Source of the DNA: Marsupella aquatica
Taxonomy: Eukaryota > Plantae > Marchantiophyta
Length of the DNA: 64,000 nt
Reading direction: 5' to 3'
Assembly (NCBI GenBank): GCA_973895155.1
Contig: OZ316898.1
Location: forward strand, 16,537,420 to 16,601,419
Made by a program: the position numbers and the translations under genes. Below the pieces are notes generated by a model. It saw only the letters and a program-made list of their open reading frames with translations. It ran no database searches and had not been told where the DNA came from. The number at the start of each line of letters is the position of its first letter. Within the stretch, counting starts at the first letter, position 1. Below, piece by piece: positions 1 to 12,000 of the stretch.

Positions 1-1341
1 AATATGGGCGTCATTTGGTAGGAATTCGTTCAGACCCCGCTGTGACTTTAATGTCTACAGGAGAATTTTCTTTTGGGCACCCTTTTGAATAGTCATTTGT
101 CAATGTTGTCAAGTATGGTTCGTCATTGTTATCCATCTGCAGCACCTTGAGGATGATAAGATGACCTCTACACTTGTTTTTTTGCAGTTTTGGATTGATT
201 GGGTTTAATATTGTGATTCTAAGTTGGCGGTTATCTACAGGGGCTCGCATTTCAACTTGTTGATGATTCTTTAGATTTTATTGGAACAAAAGCCACTTTA
301 GGGAAGCCAACACTTTCAGATCTTGCTCAGGTATCGTGGTTTCCACTTGTGGGACATTTAAACTTTTTGTCTTCTTTTCTTTAGTTTTTTTGTTGTGTCT
401 AGTGATGTACGAGTTTGTTTCCAACGTTTTTCTTAACTTTTGAAGTGGATTTGGGAATAGAAACCATATTAGCTCTGTTAGTATTTGTTGAGGTGTCATC
501 TTCGTTTTGAAGTCAGTACTTTGTCGGAGTATCAACGAGCCCCAAACTAGGTTCTTGCTCGTTCTCTGATATTAAATTGGATGCCGGTAGAACTTTCCCT
601 ACGCACTTCTGCACAACTTGCTTTTCGGAATATGCCCACTTCGTATGTTCGATAATGAATCTGGTTGCTTTTCGTGCATACGTGCAATACTGTGCTTTTC
701 AGAGTATTCACTTGTGGTGGCCTCCAGACCTTATTTTTGTTTCAGCTACCACCGCCTGCAGAAATGTTGAGCATCCAGACGCCTGAACTGTTGCCCTACC
801 TGGATCACCGTTGTGTGATTCCGTGTCTTAAGCGGAAAGATTTTAGATCTTTCTTAACATTTATTGTCTACTTTGCAGGGGATAGCTACGGCCCCTGTCC
901 TGTTTGCTCTAGAGGAGCACCCACGAATATATGATCTTGTTGACCGCAAGTTCAGGAGGTCTGGAGATGTTGACCAGGTAATGCTATAAGGTGACTGGAA
1001 TAAATACTCGCATGCGAAGAAATGCGATCGGAATATTTAAGTTGCAACTACCACTCGAGTTAAGAAATTGATGTTTACACGAAAAGATATTGTGGCCTTC
1101 AATCATGTCCATGTTCTTTGGGAATGATGAGATTTTAACTCTTGTTGGCCCACTTTGGCAGGCTTTAGAGATGGTCCGGAACAGTCGAGGCATTCTGAGG
1201 ACTCAGCAACTAGCTGCCCATCATGCCCATCAAGCTGCCCTTGCCATCTCTGGTTTACCACCCACTTCGTCCCAGAGGGCGCAACTGTGCAGGAGAGCTC
1301 TCACAGAGTTGACCGAGCAGGTCATTACCCGATCAAAGTGA
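1..1341 (+). CDS. 3' part of a trans-prenyl (geranyl/solanesyl/polyprenyl) diphosphate synthase gene, GPS1/SPS-like; exons <1-17, 241-330, 879-977, 1162-1341
   Basis: GT-AG spliced translation reads YGRHL|[30 protein letters not shown]|[33 protein letters not shown]|[11 protein letters not shown]...[16 protein letters not shown]. It contains the second Asp-rich DDxxD motif, the GK..SD and TAP motifs, and a C-terminus closely like plant GPS1 (RRALIDLTHRVITRNK). All exon phases are consistent. Confidence 0.92.
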
Positions 1342-2093
1342 GGTAAATTTTGTGGGTCGAAGGTGACCAAACTTTGGGTTGTGGGAACATATTCCCTTAA
1401 TAAAAATCGAATCAAGAACTATTACCGGATACATTGCCATGAAAGGTGGATTGTATTATCTGTTACTACTGCATCCATCCTCCAGGGTTATTATTTTTCC
1501 ACACACTGCCCATGATGTTAACCGTGTTGCCAGCACAATGTGGTTTACCGGTTGATGTCAGCGCCAGACTGAGCTTCATTATGTCAAGAAAACGTCTGCC
1601 CTCTAGGCAATTGTTCAGAACAAGGGTGCAAAAGACAAAAAAGGGAAGGGGAAAACCCTAAAATGCACCGAGGAAAGTCGTGAAATTAAACTGCGGGGGC
1701 CCACTCACAATCACGAGTTCCCTCCAGAAGTAGCATCTACAAGTACAGCAACCGCCATGAATGACAACAAAGACGCGCCCACCAAAGGTTTGCTTGGGCA
1801 TCTCGGTCAGGATTCATATTGTGCTCACTTATAACCAATTGAGAAATTATAATCACAGCAAGACAAAATGTGATCGTTTGATATCTGCCAGAAATGAGAT
1901 GCATCTTGAATCGGAGATCAGACACTACACTAGAGTCTCAATGATTAAAGCGACACAAGACATTACACGAATGTGATGGGGGCCGATTTACAAAATCGTT
2001 ACAAATTAGCTGGACGTTTAGTTCTTTGATTATATGTAACGACACAATTCGAGCCGAAGTCTGCAAAAAGTCTACAAATTTAACCCAAACGAC

Positions 2094-2157
2094 CACTTTG
2101 AGCACCAACCAAAGTCTGCAAATCAATCACTTTGAGCACCAACCAAGTCTGCAAATC
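2094..2157. repeat. Short direct tandem duplication (~33-bp period)
   Basis: CACTTTGAGCACCAACCAA(A)GTCTGCAAATC occurs twice. Confidence 0.85.
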
Positions 2158-3533
2158 TGTCCCAAAGCCCACTTCGAATACCAAAACACTCTAATTTAAT
2201 CAGAAATAGCTGATTTTTGTCCTTTTGTGACGTCCCTTGGTTGGACAAAACTTTGGACCTCCTCTAGGATGGTCTAATTTTTGACGCAAAATTCCCACCT
2301 GATAGAAGCTTAAAGGTCAATCCCACCCAATTCCACGTAGGATTGGGATTCCCAAGCCGAGTGCTTCCCTCTATTGTGAAGAGAAAAATTAAATGTTTCA
2401 GTAGATATTATGAGAGGGCCAAAATAATTCTAAAGCCTGATATTGACAATTGAAACTAGCTGACTTTAACTTTTCTTTGGATTTTCTTTTTATAAATTTT
2501 TGATTAAAGTGGAGACGGACCGGTTCGTATTTTGGGTATTAAGTCTGTGATGAAGTATGTTCGATTGATAGCATTTATGGATATCTAAGGGCTTCACGGA
2601 ACGAAGACTAATCAGTGCAAACAAAAGCAGTCAGCAACTAAGAGGATAATCAGCAAGAGTTTGGAGGGTTGAGTTTGTCCAAGAAGTTTTTTCCGAGTAT
2701 AGTCCCAACCAGCTTCAACCTACATGGTGTATGAAAAGGGGTTTCAAGACATAGCAGCCGACCCCCTTTCACCTTAAAGGTTGAACTGGATCCGCTGTGA
2801 GCATCTTGTAATCGACTGGATATTCCAATAGGACTAGGCAAGAGCAACTTTTGAGCCGGTGGTTGTACTTGTCTTAAGATTAACGAGCACGACCCCTCAG
2901 CGGCTCCAGATGATGTCCACAATTGGACCGGTCCCTATTCGAGTTCACGCAATTTACTTTTTGCTATCCCCTTCACTGAGAGTCTGCTTGCTGGAATTGT
3001 ATGTGCATTTCACGGAAGCTCCAGCACCAGCGCCGTGTAAGTGAAACTGTGCAGACTCCCCCGCTAATGTCTCTTTTTCGAAAGGACAGTTTGATATTGT
3101 CCTGTGGGCATCTCCCATTCTTTTATGCCTAATTGTGACGAAAATTGGAAGAATGCGGATTTCTCTGGTATCTCTTCATGTCGCACGTTTCTAATTTCTA
3201 CAGCTTATATTCTACGCAGATCCTTTTGACTGTGGGTTCAAAACCGGCTCGCCACAGTATTGGTGTTGCTAGCATGGTACTTGTCTGAAGCGTACGATTT
3301 ACATGTCAAGAAGTGGTACGGGGCACACGATTGTTCCCAAAGCCCAGCTAACTTCGTATAGTCATTTTGTTTGCCTTCGTAAGGCTGCATGAAGATTTGT
3401 CTTTGAGCTAATGCGGTCGCTGGGTGCTTCGACTTTCAATCCCAGCCATCGCACTCTCGGGGGGCACTTTCAATCCCAGCCCTCCTGGCTCGAGTGTTTT
3501 CCTCTTGTATATCTTATTACCATAGTGTTAAAA

Positions 3534-4061
3534 CACACCTGTCACTATAAAAGCCTCATTCCATGTCTCACTACTCTGTTTCGCTATAAAAGATTCATTT
3601 CAAAGATTCATTCCATGTCTCACTACTCCGTTAATTCACACCTGCCACTATAAAAGCCTCATTCCATGTTTCACTACTCACCATAAAAGGTGGAACACTA
3701 GCACCTTTTGTATAATCCAAAAAAAGTTTTGCAGTCAGCATTTTACTCACCATAACAGGTGAAACACTAGCACCTTTTGTGTAATCCAAAAAAAGTTTTG
3801 CAATCAACATTTTTTGTGTAGCTCAAAGTACATTCCTGAATCTATACTCTTTACCTTTTGTGTAGCTCAAAATCCACATTTTTTGTGTAGTTCAAAGTAC
3901 ATTCCTGAATCTATACTCTTTACCTTTTGTGTAGCTCAAAATCCATTCTTGAATCTATACTCTCTACCGGTTACCCGCAGCCCTTTTTACAATGAGAGCT
4001 ATCCCTTTTTACAATGAGAGCTATCGGTTACCCATAGCCCTTTATAGTGCCCTTTATAGTG
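3534..4061. repeat. Cluster of serial short tandem duplications
   Basis: CATTCCATGT(C/T)TCACTACT x3; ~68-bp CACCATAA...TTTTGCA unit x2; ~66-bp TTTTTGTGTAG(C/T)TCAAAGTACATTCC... unit x2; CCCTTTTTACAATGAGAGCTAT x2; GCCCTTTATAGT x2. Confidence 0.85.
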
Positions 4062-7000
4062 GCAGGTGTGGTTTAAGACGATCAGGTCATACTATTTTCC
4101 CCCTGCGACTGAATTGCTTCCTAATCTCGTACCCACGGTCAACCGGCCACGTAGGATATCAGAGCTTTTTCCACGGGTCAATTGAACGAACTCTCTACAG
4201 CTGAGCACAAAGCAAATTGCACCCTACGGCTACTGAGAGTGGTTAGCGTCCTTTCCTCAGAGAATTAGCTGCTTCAGCTAAATTTCAGAGTACAGTTTTG
4301 ATACATATACATAGAGAGCAGAAAAGGAGTTAAATCTTCAAGGAATCAAAGCCTTGTACCTCGGCAAAGACCCTCGTCTTTGTGGACCTCCGACTGTACT
4401 CCGCAATCCGTCGGCAATTGACGAACAAGGGTTAAGTTCACTGGGGGAGTCCGGTATTAGTCGTGCCGTTCTTTCCGACATTCACTAGCTCGCAAAGGCA
4501 GACTTGGTGCCCTCATGACTATGGTCTCCAGTGCATGACAACACGTTGCGGAAGGACTAGGGCATTGGTCGGAGACTAAGAAAGACAAGGGGCTAGCTCC
4601 ACCAATTCTGCCACGCAATCTGGCATGCCGTCGTCTCCTCTCGTCTTGATTACCAGGCTGCAAAGCGACACGAAAGCAATTAAGTGGCTACTCTCATCAA
4701 AATGGTCCCCATGGTCCTAGGTTAAATTATCCTTCCCAGGAGAACGTTCTCAACAAGAAGTTGTAAGTGCTGTATTAGGTCTGACTCTGAATCCACTCAG
4801 CCTTTCATTTCATTTGTGCACTCCTTTGACCCAGTTTTGGGCACACTCTCTCCCTGTTATACAGTGCTGCAGAATTGCATTGAACGGGTGCACGACCAAG
4901 GTTCACGTTGTTATCTCAGGAAACCAAAACCTTGGACACCCTGTCTATGCTGCAAGCAATCAGGTATACACACAACCCAAACACGCCCGTCCAGCTAGGA
5001 AGATCAATAGGAAACTGTCGATGGATACAAAGATTTTCAATAAGGAAAAGAATAGCATACAGGTGATTCCACATCTCCACCAGGATCACCGAGTACATTC
5101 AGAAGGGTATTTCATCAAACCCAGGGCTAAAAGCCGAGTACCTTCTCCCTTCCGCTCTGTTGTTTCTTTCGCGTACGCTGGACTCCCCGTTGGAAAGTCA
5201 TCTCAGTACAAGGAAGCAGTCAAGAACTCACCTCGGCCGGCAATCGCGGTCAGTCAGGAGCTACCGTTCTTCAACCAAAGGACTGAAACTCACCAAATTG
5301 TAGCCCTCCTTGGAATGCTTCCGTCGTATTCATCACATGCTTCATCGCTGCTGTGTGTCCTCTGTATCTCTGCTCGAGTGATACCGTAATGGATTGATAT
5401 GACAAGTTCGAAGGTATGTTGAGCATTATGCAGCTGCCCAAATCTCTTGCCGATTACCATCGTAACTGGAGCAATAATTTATTCTCTTCGTCCTTCCACT
5501 CCATCAAGTTCTACCAATTATCAATTAGCTTATTTTCTCACATAGACCACTCTGCAACATGCCACATTAGCATTCTTCCTCACAAACAAGAACAATTAGT
5601 TTATGCAAGGAAAAAACTATTTATTATTTGTGAGACAAGGCAAAAAAAAATTGGACCCTATAATTGTCAAAATCTACAATAAATACTAAAATGTAACATT
5701 TTAAATAAAAAAATAATGAGGAAAAATTAAATTAAATGGGTTGTGCTTGAAAGATCAATATTGTCCAATATATTGTTTAAAATTTCTATTTAATTCTTAA
5801 ATTCTTAAAATAACTATGGGTACAAAGAAAGTATTCAGGTACTGCAACATTTACCAAGATATTTAACAAATAAAAACCCTTCGACTACATGGATACAAAA
5901 CTACCTGGACCGAGGAGTGCCAAGGGAAAGTCTTGCATGGGCCTGGCCGCATTTGACACTCTCTTGTCAAGGCCTGAGTTATGTTAATTCTCAATGAGTG
6001 CTGGTAATCCAGATTGGAAAGGTGTGGTAAAATATCATCGATAGACTAGTTTTCAGTTCGAGTAGGGACGAGCTTGTTGCACTACTGAGGGGACAACCAA
6101 GCAGCAGCAAGGTCAATCACCCAACTATTCCTTGAATTGTTTTCTGTTCTGGGACTCAGCAAATGAGACCATTTGAATGTAAAGATTTGGTGAATTTAAG
6201 ATGAGTAGAGTTGAATGTAATAATTTTGCGAAATTGAATGTATCATGCCCAATGTTAATCGCCGTGCTGCAGTGTCACGAAGTTGAGACTGCACTCTATT
6301 TTATCACCCTTGTTGTTGTTATAGTTAATACGTGAGTTGCAGCACTATTGTAACATGCTTAGATATCACACCATACTGTTCGGCAGATTTCAGGCTGTTA
6401 TATCTCCTGGTATTCCCTGGTTTCACTTTGGTGGGCAGCACATTAGATCCCACTTGGCTTGCAATGAGAATTTGTCTCTGGCAATTGCCAACAAGCTGTC
6501 CTTTTTCACTGCTGCCAAATTAGTTCCTAGACCCCCTAGCTACATTTTTTAGGCCTTGTTTGAGTAAAAATAATGTATGTAATATTAGCTTTAGCTCAAG
6601 TTGTGTGAGTCTATTATGGTCCAAAATGATCTGGTAACACACTTTATTATGCTTAGATAGCTTTACAAATTTTAGTGAAAAATATAGGATAAATTTACTC
6701 ATCCAAATGTGATTTTGCAATAGTCTTCATAATGACCAGTAAAATGAGGGCTTCTAGCTTGAGTTTTGAGAGGCTAATATGGTTCATAATGCTCTGCTAG
6801 CAGACATTAAAACACTTAAGATATATGAGATATTTTAGCTAATTTTAGAACATTAATAAATCCAAGACACAATTTTTTTTAGTTAGTTGATTTGGGCATT
6901 GGATGGCGCTATATTTGACCACTAAAGTACCATGGCACTCAATTTGAGTTGAGAAAACTACTTTCTCAAGATCAATTGAGAAGACTGCTTTTCTCAACAA

Positions 7001-7804
7001 CGAACCCTAAGCTTTCTAGTAGCTGAGTCCTATTAATTTGTAAAAGATTTGTCAATGTACTTTCAAATAATTGTAGAGATTTCAATGCAGTCCGACTTTG
7101 GCAAGTTTTGAATTAGAGGTTAATAGCCTCATGACCTTGACGCAACTATTCACCAAATAGAGAAGGGCAAAGCTTAAGCGTAGAGAATACAGAAGTCTGA
7201 TTAGGAAGGGAAGCTGGTAGTCATGTTGTGTTGGACAAGTAGGATAGATTTTACACTATGTATTGTTTAGATTAGATTTTCTCACAAAATCGTTGTGGAC
7301 CCATTCAACGATGGCTTGAGCAGTTTGATATTCCTTCAACTGCCACACTTTGCTTTGCAGGCCGAAGTCGATAGTGTCGTTATCACAAGCAGTTGTCAAA
7401 ATGAGGCCTTTTTTTACACGCAACCAAATTCTCAAGCTAAGTGAATCAGAATTCAATCCGTGGCAAGTCCATTTGAAATCAGGTCAATGTCTGATCAAAT
7501 GAATTGTATCAGTTCATTGAGTTCAAGTTTGGACCATAGCTAGCAGTTTGCCTTAATTGCAAAAGGCCAGAATCTTACTCAAGGTGCCAATTACCCTTTA
7601 TCACCCAAGTTATTGAGTTAGTTATTAGTCATTGCTTATTATATGAATTTGTTTTTAAATCTTTGAATTTAATTTTTAAAATTGGATACGTAACTAAAAC
7701 GGTTACATAGTGACAATTTTACCCGTCTTGTTCTTTGCATTTCTAATTTTTTACATTTCCTTTTACGATATGGCAACCCAAAATTTACACCCAAATTGAA
7801 CTAA

Positions 7805-7930
7805 ACACAAATGAAAACTGTAAGTTTGATTCACAAAACTGACGAGTCTTGTTTGTTGCAGTTGTTGTTGACGTGGCACGCTCTGGTGCCAGGAATTTTG
7901 GAAGGGACCTCTCATGGGGTCCGTAAAGAT
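7805..7930. repeat. Dispersed repeat, related to 18375-18500 and 34090-34185
   Basis: Shared core TGTTTGT...GAATTTTG..AGG(G/A)AC..C(C/T)CATGGGG(G)TC.GTAA in three places, moderately diverged; probable old TE fragment. Confidence 0.55.
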
Positions 7931-8151
7931 TTGGCAAATTGGATATGGTGCATAGAAGAGAGGTTGCTCCAACTTGTCAAACAAAATCAAACTTACATAA
8001 GCTAGGTGTACTCAAACTAATTATGCACTGAGCTGTTGAATAGGCCAAAACACTAATCAAGGACATATATCAATGCCAAGTACTATTTTACATTGTGTTA
8101 AGGGCCATTGGGGATCTGCTGAAACACTAATCAGGGACACATATCAATGGA

Positions 8152-8295
8152 GAGATATGCTTAGTAGACCCCCTCCTACAAAAAGATTGCTTAATCAACC
8201 CCCTCATACTTTTTCCCAATCTGGATCGTTGATGGACCTCAAGGGGTCAATCAAGTAACAAGTTTCATTTTGGGGGTCTATCAAGTAAATACCTC
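8152..8295. mobile_element. Small MITE-like inverted-repeat element (Mutator-like ends), inside a local tandem duplication upstream of VPS3
   Basis: GAGATATGCTTAGTAGACCCCC at the left end versus reverse complement GAGGTATTTACTTGATAGACCCCC at the right. Flanked by duplicated CATATC(A/G)ATG...TTTTACATTGTGTTAAGGGCCA sequence. Confidence 0.55.
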
Positions 8296-9011
8296 AGTCC
8301 ATATCGATGCCAAACTCTATTTTACATTGTGTTAAGGGCCACTGGGTATCTTGCACACAAGGTACATGCATGAGAAGAGATGAATTTATCTTCGCCTTTC
8401 CGGCCCCTCTATCGTCTAGTAGGACAGACGAATCTAGGGCACCCTAGATAATTGCTACACAGGTAAAGGGAGTATTAATCAGCAAAGGCAGATGATCCTA
8501 TTCGAAAACACTGCGTGAGGAAAAACGCGAGACAGGATCCAAGGGGCAAGGAGTCCCAATACAGGGGAAAACAAGGGAAACGCTCAAAGAGGCCCTGTTT
8601 GCAAACAAGTACCGTCGGAATGCGCAAGTCTGCTATATAGCAGCCTACTGTTGTATCGAGGACTACGGGTGGTAGAAAGGCCCCGACCCGCCTGCCCCCG
8701 ACGTTGGAAGGGAGGCGTCTGTATCGGTGAAGGGGGGCGAGGGTGCGTGCGAGATGAGCGAAGAAATTCGTTTGTGACTGATGGAATTTGGATATCGGGC
8801 CGCGACTTTCTTCATAGGGCGCTGCTGCTTAGATCTCTGTGGAAATTCAGCAGCTGCTATCGATTGGTAATCCCGGCGGATTTCATAGCTGTTAATTGTT
8901 TCGAAGATTATCCAATGCGACTCAGTTGGATGCCTGTAAGAAGCGAGGTGGAGGCTCGAGGGATGGGATGATCGTAAGTGCTTTCAGAATTTTCTTGTGG
9001 AGGAGGGATTC

Positions 9012-12000
9012 ATGGAGGAGTCAGCGAGCAAGAGAGGGGAGCGAGTCGCGGTGAAGGTGGAATTGGAGGCCTTTCCACTCAAGGGAGCTCCCATACCCCC
9101 TTGTCGTTTGCAATCGATTGCGATCACTCGAGGAAATGAGGTGGGTACCTTTGTTCTGTTCATTGGTACTGAGAGTGGGCACCTACTTCGCTACACTCTT
9201 TCTTCTCCAATTGTGCAGGATTCATCGACGTTCAATTCACCTTCTCAGACTCCGCCTCATCAGACTGTTTCTCCTCAATCCTTACCTGCCATCCCTCCCC
9301 TCTCTCTGCCACCTTCTCCTGCACCTCTCTCTGTTCCGCTGGGAGAAAGTACTTCGATTAGTATACCTCTAGCACTCACCCAGGACCGATCTGCTATGAC
9401 AGTACCTTCTTCTTCTGGGACTGATCCCTTCTCTTCTCCTCCCGTGGACAGTTTCCTGAGTTCCTCGCCTGCTGCTATCTCGTCCTCGTACCCTGTGGGT
9501 TTGCCCAAATTGTCTGGTAGGGATAAAAATGGAATTCCCTCGCCTCAGTTGCCTTCTCATTCACCGATAAGGCAGTCCCAGCATATGCCTTCCCCTCTCT
9601 CGCCCCACTTAAGATCTTCTTCGGCCCCACTCAATGGATCGCTTTTCTCTCGAGGGCAGCAACAATCAACCCAAATCTCCAATTCTTCGGGTGCACTGGT
9701 TAGTAGCCTACAAACATCAAGGCCTTCTAGTTCGCCATCTTCTCCTGCTTCTAGAACGATTCCGACCACTGTGACACCTTCAAGTTTCTCCTTGCAATCA
9801 GATTCTGCAGCTGCAGTTGATCATGAGAATGGTGGAGCACAAACAGATATTCCTACAAATTTTCCATCTACTCGTCCCTCTTCACCTCTCTTACCTGCCT
9901 CTGCGTTTGCGGATGCAAAAATGAGTGGGGGAAAGGCCGGCGTAGAGATGGTACTTACACTCTGTAAGCATGTCAGCAGAAGCCCCATAGAGACCCTCTG
10001 TCCACTCCCTGAATGTGGCAGAATAGCTATCCTTTCCGATGGACATGTCGCTCTACTTGATTTGCAGTCTTTGAACATCCTTGATCGGCTCCCTGGGACC
10101 AAAGGAGCTGTAACAATGGCTCGAGGGCTGGATTCAAGTCTGCCAATCCCTTATCGGTCATCTTTTATGGTTTTGGAAGGACTTCCTGAGCAAGGAACAA
10201 GAGGCCTAGTGGGTAGAAATGACTCCATGACCAAATTGTTCGGCAAAGGAAGACTCTCTTCGAAATTTGGAGGGTTGGTGGGAGGGCTAGATAAAGCTTT
10301 TTCCCCAGGAAGAGCTGATTTGGACACTAAAAGAAGTGGGCGACCTGGAAGGATGGGGAACCTCACTGGGAGTGCTAGAGCTCAGCTGGACAGAACCGGT
10401 GGAACCTCAGGACTCCAAGCTGCTGTGACTGGAAAAGGCGTGGGCAGGCTTGCGGTGGCTGTGAAGAAAAAAATCATTTTGTTTGAGACCCGGCCGTCTG
10501 AACCCGAAAAGAGTGACGAAGTTGAGGGTCTCATGATGAGGAGGGATGACTCGAACAGGTATTATGCTTTAAAAGTGAGGGAAGTCACAGGGATTGAAGG
10601 GGTGGTTACCATGGCCTGGCTCGGAGATGTCATAATAGCGGGCACCCGTCGTGAGTATCTTGTCTTTTCCCTGACAAGTGGGTTGCCAACCCACGTATTC
10701 ACTCTTCCTCAGGAGGTCCCTTGTCAACCTCTCTTAAAGGCCTTTCCAAAAAATCGAGAAGCTCTTCTCTTGATTGACAATGCAGGTATTCCTATCAATA
10801 CAGAGGGTGACCCTGCAGGCGGAAGTCTCCTATTTCAGATTCTACCAGATGGCATAGGGTATAGCCCTCCTTATGTGTTGGTTGCCAAGCAAGGTGTTGT
10901 GGAGGTTTATCATCACAGAACAGGTTCAAAAATGCAATCTCTGGTTCTGGCTGATGGTGCAAAGGGCAGGTGTCTCGTCGCAGATGATGATGATGGTATA
11001 TTTATTATCATAGCAAATTCATTCAAGGTAGGGTACTTCCTGCCTCTGTAGCGCTGGGAAAAGTGAAGTGGCTTTTGTGTGTCGGCCGTGAGTGAATAAG
11101 ATTCAGACTTCAAACGTAATATAGTTATGCAATGTACTATCTCAGATGTCTCTTAATCCCTAGGTACCATCGTGACTGTGCAGGATGTGCAGATATTTTA
11201 GAACGATTTTAGTGTGGAACTAGGGGTTAGACAGTGTTCCTTCTTGTCACGCTAACTGAGAAAATTTTGCGAACGAGCTGTATTCAATCGCTGTATTTGC
11301 AATTGACAGGAAAAAAAGTGATCGAAGCCATTCAAGCTCAAAAAAACAAGTTCTCAATCATGAGAAAGTTTTGTTTTTTGTGGGTGTAGGTGTGGTGCTT
11401 GCGTCAACTGCCTCTTCCTGAACAATTGAAAGAGCTCCTAAAACGGAAGGCCTACAAAGATGCAGAAAGGTTAGCAGAAGAAGGTCAAGGAGAAAGTGAT
11501 GGCGATTCAACGAAAGCAAGATTGGCTTTGGTGCATGCAGAAGCTGGGTTTCTCCATCTGTTTGACTTGCACTTTGAGGAGGCTGTGGATCACTTTTTGC
11601 TGTCAGACATAATGGAGCCTGCCGAATTGTTCCCATTTTTTCCATCTTTAACCAACCGGTGGCGTGCTATGGTGTTTTCCTCAAACCGTTTAGAGCGATT
11701 AGTGAAGCAATTCTTTTGGTCTCCTCACTGTCATCGTGTACTCATTCTTGGATACAGACAAGGTCTCTGGACTTCGTGTAGAAATTGCAAACGTGGTTTT
11801 ATTGTTTAGGTCTTTGCATCTGGAAATTGAGACTGGAAGTTGATACTGTCATCATCGTAGTGTTTCAAGTACGTTCTGCATTCCAAGCCTGAACACTGTA
11901 ATAAATGTAGGTACCTCGGAAGCGATACTGGGGCTTGCATCCACCCCCACAGTCAATGAAGATGGTGATTGAAAGTGGTTTACTTGCCATACAAAGTGGG

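Noticed and set aside
262-276. DDSLD variant of the second Asp-rich motif as a sign of altered prenyltransferase function
   Set aside because: All three Asp residues are present and the x positions vary naturally.
4814-5389. 191-aa ORF in the intergenic region
   Set aside because: TTG start, no recognisable motif, no supporting exon structure.
8651-8971. 106-aa ORF upstream of VPS3 as a conserved uORF
   Set aside because: Non-ATG start and no recognisable conservation; probably 5' UTR sequence.
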